Assembly: GCA_019057795.1 (NCBI GenBank)
Contig: JAHLWS010000015.1
Coordinates: 1-45,219, forward strand
DNA from: Promethearchaeota archaeon
GTDB lineage: Archaea > Asgardarchaeota > Lokiarchaeia > Sigyniarchaeales > SOKP01
Length of the DNA stretch: 45,219 nt
Reading direction: 5' to 3'
Positions 1 through 8,341 of the stretch are shown here, piece after piece. Position numbers and translations under genes: made by a program. The first letter of the stretch is position 1. Every line of letters starts with the position of its first letter. A model generated the notes under the pieces. It saw only the letters and a list, made by a program, of their open reading frames with translations, ran no database searches and had not been told where the DNA came from.

Positions 1-629
1 TAAATGTCGTTATTTGAACCATTTCTATAATCTTTCCACGTTATAATCGCACCTCCACCTCCATCGCTACAGATTTGAGGATGAATTTGGGCACTACTTG
101 CTGTACAAATTTCAACGCCATTAGCAGCCCATTGTACTACACCGTTAGAATTAATTCGTTGAGCGTAAATGTCGTTACTCGAACCACTTCTATAATCATG
201 CCACGTTATAATCGCACCTCCACTTCCATCGCTACAGATTTGAGGTACAGATTGGGTATTACTTGCCGTACATATTTCCACCCCATCAACTATCCCTTGT
301 ATTACTCCACTAGAGCTAATCAATTGAGCGTATATATCGGTATCTGCACCTCTATTATCATACCACGTTATAATCGCACCTCCGCCTCCATCGCTACAGA
401 TTTGAGGTTCACCTTGGTTACTACTTTCCGTACATATTGGTTTCCCGTCATTAGACCACTCGATCCCCCAGGACAATTTAGGTGTATCTATTACTGAAAT
501 CGTTGAATCTTCATAGGTTTGATTTCTCGAAAGAAAAAGATATCGATGAGATGTATTAATAGAAATTAACGCCAAAGAAACTACCAGTAGGATTGGAAGA
601 AACAAATTTAGTTTTTGTTTTTTTCTCAT
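1..629 (-). CDS. Secreted/surface repeat protein, probable beta-propeller (3' end runs off the window)
   Basis: Not in the ORF track. Manual translation from ATG at 629: MRKKQKLNLFLPILLVVSLALISINT (signal-peptide-like), then three 54-55 aa repeats ICTxSxxQxxPQICSDGxGGAIITWxDxR...DIYAQ. No stop before position 1. Confidence 0.85.
   Translation of the reverse strand, partial: MRKKQKLNLFLPILLVVSLALISINTSHRYLFLSRNQTYEDSTISVIDTPKLSWGIEWSNDGKPICTESSNQGEPQICSDGGGGAIITWYDNRGADTDIYAQLISSSGVIQGIVDGVEICTASNTQSVPQICSDGSGGAIITWHDYRSGSSNDIYAQRINSNGVVQWAANGVEICTASSAQIHPQICSDGGGGAIITWKDYRNGSNNDI
36..407. repeat. Three near-identical 45-bp intragenic repeats (36-80, 201-245, 363-407)
   Basis: CCACGTTATAATCGCACCTCC(A/G)C(C/T)TCCATCGCTACAGATTTGAGG, periods 165 and 162 bp (multiples of 3). 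Encodes PQICSDGxGGAIITW on the minus strand. Confidence 0.9.
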
Positions 630-837
630 GATTTCATCCTTCTTAAAAATATTTTTTAATTAAATTGTTATTAGATCTTTCATATTTTCTTAATTTAAAT
701 TTAATCCTTTTTTTTATTTAAATTCAATAAATGAAGGGATTTAAAATAATTTTAGAAGATTTTTGGTATTAGTATGCGGCATAAATATTGCATGAAACGA
801 CATAACACATGAATAATATCATCATATGCAAATTAAT

Positions 838-859
838 TCGTGAAACTCAGCTTTCACGA
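838..859. promoter_or_regulatory. Perfect 8-bp inverted repeat, candidate operator in a divergent intergenic region
   Basis: TCGTGAAA-CTCAGC-TTTCACGA between the divergent 629(-) and 961(+) genes. Confidence 0.35.
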
Positions 860-921
860 TCAAAATAACTTTTTTTTTCTGAGAAAATTGTATTTCTAAC
901 AAAAAACTAAGCAAAAATTAT

Positions 922-954
922 AAATACTTAGTATTTCTTAATTTTACTTAGTGA
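922..954 (+). promoter_or_regulatory. Candidate TA autoregulatory operator palindromes
   Basis: AAATACT-T-AGTATTT (922-936) and TTACT-T-AGTGA (944-954), just downstream of a TTATAAA TATA-like box and upstream of the antitoxin ATG at 961. Confidence 0.55.
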
Positions 955-960
955 TATAAA

Positions 961-1215
961 ATGGTATTAGACAAAGTTGTTAATGAAAAAGAAGTTACAA
1001 TTACTAATCGTGGTATGATTACAATTCCAGCTAAGTTTAGAAAAAACTTTAATTTAAAAGATGGGGATAAAGTTTTAATAATTGAAGACGAGGGTACTCT
1101 TAAAATCATACCGATTAAAGATCCCGAAACTTTGCGCTTAAATTCTTATAATACTGAAGAAATGAAGGGAGAAATGAATAAATCTCGCAAAGAAGAATTG
1201 GAACGGGAAATATAA
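961..1215 (+). CDS. vapB: AbrB/MazE/SpoVT-family antitoxin (VapB-like)
   Basis: ITNRGMITIPAKFRKNFNLKDGDKV swapped-hairpin signature. Abuts a PIN toxin gene. Confidence 0.9.
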   Translation: MVLDKVVNEKEVTITNRGMITIPAKFRKNFNLKDGDKVLIIEDEGTLKIIPIKDPETLRLNSYNTEEMKGEMNKSRKEELEREI

Positions 1216-1629
1216 ATGAAGAATAAAGCTTGTATAGACACGGGGATTATTACACAATTATATTCTAAAGAACCTCCTAAGAGTATTTTACATTTTATGA
1301 ACTCAATTAAGGCGGGAAAAATAGAAGCATATGTTCTTTCACCTATAATTGTAGAGGCATTTTATCATATATGTAAATTGAAAGGAAAAGCAAATGCAGA
1401 AACAATGATTGCAACATTTCTTAAAACCTATCCAATAAAAATTGTGAATTTTAATCAATCACTCATTTTTAAAGCAGGTATATTAAAATGTCAGCACCGA
1501 GCAGAATTATCCTATAATGATTGTTATGCTATTGCTTTTTCCTTAAATAAAAAAATTACATTTCATACAACAGAAAAAAGCTTAACCAAAATACTACCAA
1601 CTCTAAAATTAAAAACTTATAAGTTTTAA
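1216..1629 (+). CDS. vapC: PIN-domain toxin (VapC family)
   Basis: CIDTGII, IVEAFY, LSYNDCYAIA and TTEK acidic PIN motifs. 137 aa, directly after the antitoxin. Confidence 0.9.
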   Translation: MKNKACIDTGIITQLYSKEPPKSILHFMNSIKAGKIEAYVLSPIIVEAFYHICKLKGKANAETMIATFLKTYPIKIVNFNQSLIFKAGILKCQHRAELSYNDCYAIAFSLNKKITFHTTEKSLTKILPTLKLKTYKF

Positions 1630-1706
1630 CTTTGCTAACCTTTAAAGTAAAGGAAAAGTATTTGTGTTTACAGTTAATTTTATATTAAAATTAACTTTAG
1701 TTTATT

Positions 1707-1820
1707 ATGAACTTCAGATTAGCTACTATTGAGGATGTACCAGAAATCGTTAAGGAATCGAAGCCCCTGATCCAAATCTATTTTTATAAAGATAGATTTA
1801 TTAAGTCACTAAGTTACTAA
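1707..1820 (+). pseudogene. Possible truncated GNAT acetyltransferase N-terminus
   Basis: 37-aa ORF MNFRLATIEDVPEIVKESKPLIQIYFYKDRFIKSLSY. The first 15 aa match the typical GNAT start (xRxATxEDxPxI); the rest runs through the next promoter. Confidence 0.35.
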
Positions 1821-1828
1821 GTAACTAA
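1803..1828 (+). promoter_or_regulatory. Tandem 8-bp repeat/palindromic operator of the second TA pair
   Basis: AAGTCACT AAGTTACT AAGTAACT AA immediately before the ATG at 1830. Contains the palindrome GTTACT-A-AGTAAC. Confidence 0.6.
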
Positions 1829-1829
1829 T

Positions 1830-2114
1830 ATGGCAACTATAAAATTTGATAGACAAAATGAATTGGATGAAATTTTAGCCCGTATATACTTAGATACAAA
1901 TAAGAAATTTACAAAAAAAGACCTTTTAGAAATTATTTTCGAATTAGGAATTCAGGACTATCATGCTTTACTTAATAAGATAAATAATAAAGATAAAACC
2001 GATACAAAAGATTTAAGAAATCAATTCATTCACATCTTTTCAGGATCACTGTCAGTCTCAAATCCTGATGCTATTAATCCAAAATCGATTTGGGAAAAAC
2101 ATTTAGAGGATTAA
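1830..2114 (+). CDS. Putative archaeal antitoxin
   Basis: 94 aa, short N-terminal strand plus helices (MATIKF...LDEILARIYL...KKFTKKDLLE). Lies 1 bp upstream of a PIN toxin. Confidence 0.7.
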   Translation: MATIKFDRQNELDEILARIYLDTNKKFTKKDLLEIIFELGIQDYHALLNKINNKDKTDTKDLRNQFIHIFSGSLSVSNPDAINPKSIWEKHLED

Positions 2115-2115
2115 A

Positions 2116-2550
2116 ATGACAGTATATTTTTTAGATACAAATATCTTATGGTGGTATTTTGTTAAGAATTCAATCAATCATCAACCAATTAAAAATTACT
2201 TGGATAATCTTATCTTAAATGCTCAAAATTCTTTTATTATAAATGAATTTGTTATGATAGAACTATTTCATTTATTAATTAAAAACAAAGGAAAAGAAGG
2301 TTTTAGAATAGCATCATTGTTACTAAATGAAAAATATCCCTTTTTTAAATTTAAGTATGATTTACTTCAGATATCAGATTTAGATAGTGTATTAAGAATT
2401 CTACATAAGTACGGGAATATTAGTTCAATTGGTGGGAGAGATTCAACAATTATTTACTCTATGACTCGTCATAAAGTTAGAAACATTATAACAAATGATA
2501 AAGGGTTTGAAAAAATAAATTCAATTACGATTCACAACCCATTGAACTAA
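2116..2550 (+). CDS. vapC: PIN-domain toxin (VapC family)
   Basis: YFLDTNIL, VMIELFH, GGRDSTI and IITNDKGF motifs. Confidence 0.9.
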   Translation: MTVYFLDTNILWWYFVKNSINHQPIKNYLDNLILNAQNSFIINEFVMIELFHLLIKNKGKEGFRIASLLLNEKYPFFKFKYDLLQISDLDSVLRILHKYGNISSIGGRDSTIIYSMTRHKVRNIITNDKGFEKINSITIHNPLN

Positions 2551-2557
2551 TTTAAAA

Positions 2558-2592
2558 AATAGAGATTTTAATCTTGTAAAAAAATCTCTATT
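2558..2592. terminator. 12-bp inverted repeat after vapC (hairpin terminator or operator)
   Basis: AATAGAGATTTT-11 nt-AAAATCTCTATT. Confidence 0.4.
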
Positions 2593-2629
2593 AGTAAAAT
2601 CTAACATAATTCTTACAGGCGAATATAAA

Positions 2630-3127
2630 ATGAATATAAAACGACATGCAGGTGCTGATAGAGAAATACCCCATGCACATCTATATCACGCATTACTGCC
2701 AGTAATATTCTGGGTAATTTGGTTTTTGGATTTACAAGTATTTCAATTAACCACGTTTTTAAACGATTATATACATTTGTTAATACGAGTACCTGTATTT
2801 ATTGTAATATTTGGCATTGCCTTGGTTATTATTTTGAAATCTCATAAACTATTATTTCAATCACATAAGCCTCCAAATCAATTACAATCTGGAGGAATCC
2901 TTAGGTATGTTAGAAATCCTATGTATCTTGGGATATTATTAATCTACATTTCTTTGATATTCTTATCTATTTCACTGATTAGCATTGTTGTATTCATCAT
3001 CGTGTTTCTTGTGTATAATAAAATGGTTAATTTCGAAGAAAATATCCTTGAAGCTAAATTTGGGGAAGAATATAAAGAATATAAGAAAAATGTGCCCAAA
3101 TGGATTCCAAACCCGTTTAAAAAGTAA
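2630..3127 (+). CDS. Isoprenylcysteine carboxylmethyltransferase/PEMT-family membrane methyltransferase
   Basis: YVRNPMYLG and EENILEAKFGEEYKEYKKNVPKWIP motifs, about 4 TM helices. Confidence 0.85.
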   Translation: MNIKRHAGADREIPHAHLYHALLPVIFWVIWFLDLQVFQLTTFLNDYIHLLIRVPVFIVIFGIALVIILKSHKLLFQSHKPPNQLQSGGILRYVRNPMYLGILLIYISLIFLSISLISIVVFIIVFLVYNKMVNFEENILEAKFGEEYKEYKKNVPKWIPNPFKK

Positions 3128-3207
3128 AGAAATAGTTTGAGTATTTTAATAATTTTTATTAAATCCTTTTTTAAATATAATAAAATCATCTAAATGATGT
3201 TTTAACT

Positions 3208-4056
3208 ATGAAAAAGAATTGGTATAAAAGTAAAGTGTTTGTAATTACAGGAGCGAGCGGTGATATCGGTAGCGAAGTGTGTCGTCTTTTTGCTCCTTTA
3301 GGAATGAGGATGTACTTATTAGATTTACCTAATTCGCCTTTAGAGGGGCTTGTAGATGAATTGAAAAAACTTGGAGCGGATTATATTGAAGCAATTATCT
3401 TAGATGTAACAAACCGAGAACAAATTGAAGTAGTTTTTAAAAAGATTGGTGAGAAAGAGAAGTATATTGATATCATATTTAATAATGCCGGAATTGGAAG
3501 CAAATGCTCAATAACAAATAAAGGAACGTTTGAAGAGTACAGAAAAATAATGTCAGTAAATGTAGACGGCATGTGGCTCGTACTTCAGGCAGCTCTCCCT
3601 TACATAGGACGACCTTCTCCAACGAAAAAATACCCAGATAGAAGGGAAGGACAATTAATATTTTCTTCGAGTGCTGCGGGAAAGACTGGTGTCCCTAACA
3701 TGGCAGCATACGCTATGAGCAAAAGCGCAATTATAGCCTTAGCAGATTCGATTCGGTTGGAATATAAAATGAATGGCCATAAAATTGATGTAATTACTTC
3801 AGTATCAGCTCCTGCTAATACTAAATTTTATAACACACCAGAAATGGTGAACTGGGTGAAAAATTATCAAAAGAAAGGCTTTTTTTTTAAATTTGTCGAG
3901 CCTCAAGATGTTGCTAAACGAGTCTTAAAAGCTTCACGCAAAAATAAGAAAGAGATTTATGTGCCAAGATTTTGGTGGTTAATAGGCTTTCTATTCGTTT
4001 TCAGCCACGGTTTAATAGGGAACTTACTTATTAAAATTGAGAAAAACCAGAAATAA
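3208..4056 (+). CDS. Short-chain dehydrogenase/reductase
   Basis: TGASGDIG, NNAG and YAMSK. Confidence 0.92.
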   Translation: MKKNWYKSKVFVITGASGDIGSEVCRLFAPLGMRMYLLDLPNSPLEGLVDELKKLGADYIEAIILDVTNREQIEVVFKKIGEKEKYIDIIFNNAGIGSKCSITNKGTFEEYRKIMSVNVDGMWLVLQAALPYIGRPSPTKKYPDRREGQLIFSSSAAGKTGVPNMAAYAMSKSAIIALADSIRLEYKMNGHKIDVITSVSAPANTKFYNTPEMVNWVKNYQKKGFFFKFVEPQDVAKRVLKASRKNKKEIYVPRFWWLIGFLFVFSHGLIGNLLIKIEKNQK

Positions 4057-4214
4057 TATTGTTAAGTTAAATTAAACATCATCTTATAAAAGAATTGAGT
4101 TAAAATAAATCTAATAAGAGAGATTTAAGTATTAGAAATGATATGAGATTTTTAATAAACATAACTCTATTAAAAAAAATAAAATTTTGTTGAATAAAAA
4201 AAGGGTTAAAACCT

Positions 4215-5171
4215 ATGGCTATTCAAATAAATAAAATGATTTTCCAGGGGATTCTCAATGCGCTAATGTACATTGCTTTACCGTTAATTATCTTTGAATT
4301 AATCTCAATGATTGCACCTATGACATTTAGTCAAGAATTCAAAATTACCATAATCATTATTGGAATTATTGGTACTTTTTTTGCCATATTAAGGTATGCT
4401 TTTCCCAAAGACACTTCTGCGAATCGTCTTATGACGTTTGGTTCTACAATATACTCTGGGATTTACGTGTTTTATATTTTCGGGGGTTTTACGACCGGAG
4501 TACAATTGGGGACATATTCAATAAATTTACCTGCGCTTCAAGTATTTTTAGGTATACAAATCATAGCTTGGTTGTTATTAGGTTCATATGGGATTAAGGC
4601 ATTGCAATACTTAATTGAAGCAATAGAATTACGAAAAAATAAAGAATATCGTGTAAAATTTAAACTTAGTCATATTTTTAAAGTATTAGGTACGATGTTA
4701 AGTCTTATCACATTTGGTTATCTTGGTAGCATTGGTTATAGCGGAATGAATCTCGGTTTTAATTTTCACGACACATATCCAATAGGATGGGATGACGGCG
4801 GTACACTTCTTGATCTAAGCGACGATAATATTAATGTCACGTTTACTTTTGATCTCGACAACCAAGGATTTTACGCTATTTATGATGTTTATATCGACGC
4901 AGAATTTCATACAGTGGATAGCGCGAATGAATCAGCTCTCCCTGTAGGAGTTAAAGTAGGAGAATCATTTGATACCTATTTTAGTACGTTTCATTCCTCC
5001 ACAAATAATATCAATAATAACATAACAATTATTATAGATCCAGCTTATATAGAGGGATTAGCTACTACAGATGCAACTTTAGCGCTTAAAATCTCATTTT
5101 CTACGTACTATGCCGCAATCCTCATTAATTTGAATGCAACTGTAAATATTCCGTGGGCTCACTTAATTTAA
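4215..5171 (+). CDS. Hypothetical membrane protein (about 5 TM plus a beta-rich acidic C-terminal domain)
   Basis: 318-aa ORF with hydrophobic segments in the N-terminal 175 aa. No family recognised. Confidence 0.75.
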   Translation: MAIQINKMIFQGILNALMYIALPLIIFELISMIAPMTFSQEFKITIIIIGIIGTFFAILRYAFPKDTSANRLMTFGSTIYSGIYVFYIFGGFTTGVQLGTYSINLPALQVFLGIQIIAWLLLGSYGIKALQYLIEAIELRKNKEYRVKFKLSHIFKVLGTMLSLITFGYLGSIGYSGMNLGFNFHDTYPIGWDDGGTLLDLSDDNINVTFTFDLDNQGFYAIYDVYIDAEFHTVDSANESALPVGVKVGESFDTYFSTFHSSTNNINNNITIIIDPAYIEGLATTDATLALKISFSTYYAAILINLNATVNIPWAHLI

Positions 5172-5305
5172 CTTCTAAAAATTCTTCTTTCTTTTTTTAT
5201 TTTCAAGTTATAATTTCTCATCAAAGTATAAGATAACAGCATCTTTGAGTTACTTAATAATTTATATCCAATTACTTTAAATTTGAAATCACTCAATTTT
5301 TTAAT

Positions 5306-5818
5306 ATGAACGACGACGAACCGCCAAGACCTAGTGGATTACCAACGGGTTCTAAAGCGCCATTATTTGACACTAAGGATATTTATGGAAACGAACTCAG
5401 CTTAAAAAAACTACTTGAAGTCTATAACGGAGTGTTAATTGATTTCTTTAGAGGAAACTGGTGAAGTCATTGCAAAAAACATTTAACGCTACTAACCGAA
5501 AATATATCTGAATTTGAGAAAAGGAATATTAAACTTATGTCAATAGCAAGCGATAGCGAAAGACTTTTAAAAAAATTCAAGGAAGAAAATAATTTTGCAG
5601 TAGATATGATATCTGATCGCGGAGCAAAGATTGCCAAGGATTACGATGTTTACTGGTTTGCTCCCGGTGGAGGAGGGACTATGAATATCAAACAAGCGGT
5701 ACCGAGCAAATTTCTAATAAACAAGGACGGAAAGATTATTTGGACTTATATTGGTAAAGATAAGACTGATAGGCCTTCAATAAAGATGATGACAGATATA
5801 ATTGACGAAAAAATATAG
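5306..5818 (+). CDS. Selenoprotein: AhpC/TSA (redoxin) peroxiredoxin-like protein with UxxC motif, 170 aa
   Basis: ATG 5306: MNDDEPPRPSGLPTGSKAPLFDTKDIYGNELSLKKLLEVYNGVLIDFFRGNW-TGA(5462-5464)-SHCKKHL..., in frame with track ORF 5537-5818. The TGA sits at the catalytic Cys of the FxRGxWCPxC motif, and a SECIS follows the stop. Confidence 0.93.
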
Positions 5819-5824
5819 AATCCC

Positions 5825-5875
5825 GTAAGGATGACTCGTGTGTAAAAACTATAGACGCATGACGACGAACCTTGC
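5825..5875 (+). promoter_or_regulatory. SECIS element (eukaryote-like/lokiarchaeal type) in the 3' UTR
   Basis: Helix 1 GUAAGG/CCUUGC; core AUGAC/CGAC (tandem G.A/A.G); helix 2 UCGUGUGU/ACGCAUGA; apical loop starting AAAAA. Confidence 0.88.
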
Positions 5876-5955
5876 AAGGTTTTACGGGATATTACTTCTT
5901 TTTTTTAGATTTTTAAGATTAAAATAAAATGATATAGAATGTATTAAATGAATTA

Positions 5956-6777
5956 TTAATAGGTGTAGAACCCCTTACCAGATTTCCTTCCTAATTCGCC
6001 ATTATCTACCATTTCTTTAAGAGCTTTTGGCGGCTTATCGTTTGGGTCTCCGCTTTCGTTATAGTAAGACATCTCGATATCCCAAACTACATCTAACCCA
6101 ACTTGGTCCATCAAAGTAAAAGGGCCGTGTCCCATCCCAGTGTAAATCTTCCACGCTTGATCAACTACTTCAAAATCAGCGTGTCCACCCGCCCATATTT
6201 TCAAGCTTTCTTTTTTAATTGCGCGCCATATTCGATTAAATACAAAACCAAAGCATTCTTTTTTAACAATTAATGGCGTTATATCTATACTTTCAACCCA
6301 ATTCTTTCCTTTTTGAAAAGTATCGTCGCTCGTTCCGCTCCCTCTCATTATATCTGCCATAGGAGATACTGTTAAATGGTAAAAGTGGATATTTAACACT
6401 TTATCTTTTCGTTTAACAGAGTCTTCAAGTTTGGATACTGGAATCGAGGAACTATTAGTCGCAATTATAGCATGTGGTGGCGCAAATTTGTCGATCTCAG
6501 AAAATATTTCTTTCTTCAAGTCCAATTTTTCTGGTATTGCTTCTATAATTAGATCTGCATCTTTTACAGCTTCCGCAATTGTGTCATGGAATGAAACATC
6601 TCCAGAAACCTTTTTTATCCTTTTTCTTCTCGCAATTTTTCTCGTGTATTTATCAAACCCTTCGGGATTTGCGTCGTACATTCGAATAGAATAATTCTTG
6701 TCCGCAGATTTTTCAACAATTTGCTTTCCCATGAAGCCTATTCCAATAATAGAAACAACTTTAATTTCATCAACCAT
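5956..6777 (-). CDS. 3-hydroxyacyl-CoA (3-hydroxybutyryl-CoA) dehydrogenase family
   Basis: GIGFMG, IIEAIPEKLDLK, ATNSSS, IHFY, GFVFNRI and LGRKSGKGFY. Confidence 0.92.
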   Translation of the reverse strand: MVDEIKVVSIIGIGFMGKQIVEKSADKNYSIRMYDANPEGFDKYTRKIARRKRIKKVSGDVSFHDTIAEAVKDADLIIEAIPEKLDLKKEIFSEIDKFAPPHAIIATNSSSIPVSKLEDSVKRKDKVLNIHFYHLTVSPMADIMRGSGTSDDTFQKGKNWVESIDITPLIVKKECFGFVFNRIWRAIKKESLKIWAGGHADFEVVDQAWKIYTGMGHGPFTLMDQVGLDVVWDIEMSYYNESGDPNDKPPKALKEMVDNGELGRKSGKGFYTY

Positions 6778-7033
6778 TTTTGATCCACTAATTTTTTTTA
6801 ATCATGTTACCTTTTGATTTCTCTCTTTAAGTAGTTGATAGTTTAAAAAAATCTTCGAGCAAATTTCAACAAGTAAATCTCTACAAATATGTCTAATTAT
6901 TACAGTTACTCCATAATTATATATTCAAGTTTATCTCCAATAATTAATAATCAACTTTTTACAAGAAATCTTTCTTTAAAATTTAATTTACAAATAAAAA
7001 AAAATATGGATTCCAAAAGGAGATAAGATTAAA

Positions 7034-8326
7034 ATGGTACAAGAAAAAACAGCTTGGTACGAAACACCTGTAATTAAAGATATGATGGCCTTAATGGGTG
7101 GCAGAGCGTTAAGAGGTGTAATGGCCAATTATTTATCGTCTAAAATTTTTGTAGGAAAAGCGGCGCTACTACGAGTTACGCGATACTTAGAAGCTATGAT
7201 TGATAAACAAGATAGGCGAGCGTTAATTATAACAGATTCTTTTACTCAAAAGTTTGCCAAAAAGCTAACAGATTATCTTGATTTAATTGAAATGGAATAC
7301 AAGGTATGGTCTGGTGCAGAGCCAGAGGTGCCAATCACAACTATCTATGAGGGTGCTAAAATATGCGAGGAATTTAAACCACAAGTACTGTTTGCATTAG
7401 GGGGCGGTAGTGTTATGGATACGACAAAAATGGTGATGGTTAAATATGAAAAACCGGAAGCAAATCTTTTAATGATTTTACCATATTTCGGTTCGTTAGG
7501 ATTGCGAAAGAAGATGAAATATTTTATTGCGATACCAACAACATCTGGAACTGGTTCCGAAGTAACCCCCGTTGCCGTAATTACTGATACTGAAAGAGAT
7601 CCTCCTAAAAAAATTGAAGTGTTAGCTGACGAGTTATGTGCAGATATCACGATTCTATTTACGGATTTTGTTAAAGATATGCCTCCGTTTCTGACAATGG
7701 CGACAGGTTTGGACGCATTCGCTCACGCCATGGGGTGCTTCGTGTCAAATTGGGGTAGCCCATTTACTGATGCCATGAATTCGACTGCGATAAAAGAAGT
7801 CGTAAAATACCTTCCTCGTGCGTATAAATACGGTTCAAAAGATATAGAAGCTAGAGATCACATGCAGATGGCTTCATTAATGGCGGGAATAGGATTTGGA
7901 AACACAATAGCTGGAATAGACCATTCGTTAGGGCATAGCTTTGGGAAGATTTTTGGTGTACATCACGGGCTTAGCGTTGGGTTGTTCTTGCCTTATTCTA
8001 TTGACTTTCAAGCAAAAGTCACTGATAGATGGAGAGCCTTATGCCCAATTTTCAATGTTAAAGTCGAAAACAAGGGTAGAGACGAATTGTACAAAGAATT
8101 TCTTCAAGCCGTCAAAAATTTTATAGTCTCACTTGATGGTCCTATATGCGTAAAAGATTTGAAAAATCCTGTTATTAATAAAGAAGATTATTTCTCGAAA
8201 CTAGATTTGTTAGCCGAATATGCCGACGACGACGCAGTATCTCTAACTTCTTTTCGTACAATTAATAGGAAGCTATATAGAACCATTTTTGAATACGCGT
8301 GGGATGGAAAGGATATTGATTTTTAA
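7034..8326 (+). CDS. Iron-containing alcohol dehydrogenase
   Basis: LGGGSVMD, IPTTSGTGSEVT, GLDAFAHA, HSLGH and HHG metal ligands. Confidence 0.93.
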   Translation: MVQEKTAWYETPVIKDMMALMGGRALRGVMANYLSSKIFVGKAALLRVTRYLEAMIDKQDRRALIITDSFTQKFAKKLTDYLDLIEMEYKVWSGAEPEVPITTIYEGAKICEEFKPQVLFALGGGSVMDTTKMVMVKYEKPEANLLMILPYFGSLGLRKKMKYFIAIPTTSGTGSEVTPVAVITDTERDPPKKIEVLADELCADITILFTDFVKDMPPFLTMATGLDAFAHAMGCFVSNWGSPFTDAMNSTAIKEVVKYLPRAYKYGSKDIEARDHMQMASLMAGIGFGNTIAGIDHSLGHSFGKIFGVHHGLSVGLFLPYSIDFQAKVTDRWRALCPIFNVKVENKGRDELYKEFLQAVKNFIVSLDGPICVKDLKNPVINKEDYFSKLDLLAEYADDDAVSLTSFRTINRKLYRTIFEYAWDGKDIDF

Positions 8327-8341
8327 TATGGAGGGAAAAAA

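Noticed and set aside
36-407. Regularly spaced 45-bp repeats resembling a CRISPR array
   Set aside because: Spacers are about 120 bp and similar to each other, periods are multiples of 3, and the region is an open minus-strand repeat protein. No cas genes are present.
75-497. 140-aa plus-strand ORF in the track
   Set aside because: Antisense shadow of the minus-strand repeat protein, which has a signal peptide and coherent motifs.
2630-3127. ICMT-like enzyme as part of a eukaryote-style prenylation system for the Rab-like GTPase
   Set aside because: The family is widespread in prokaryotes, and the GTPase has no C-terminal cysteine and is 28 kb away.
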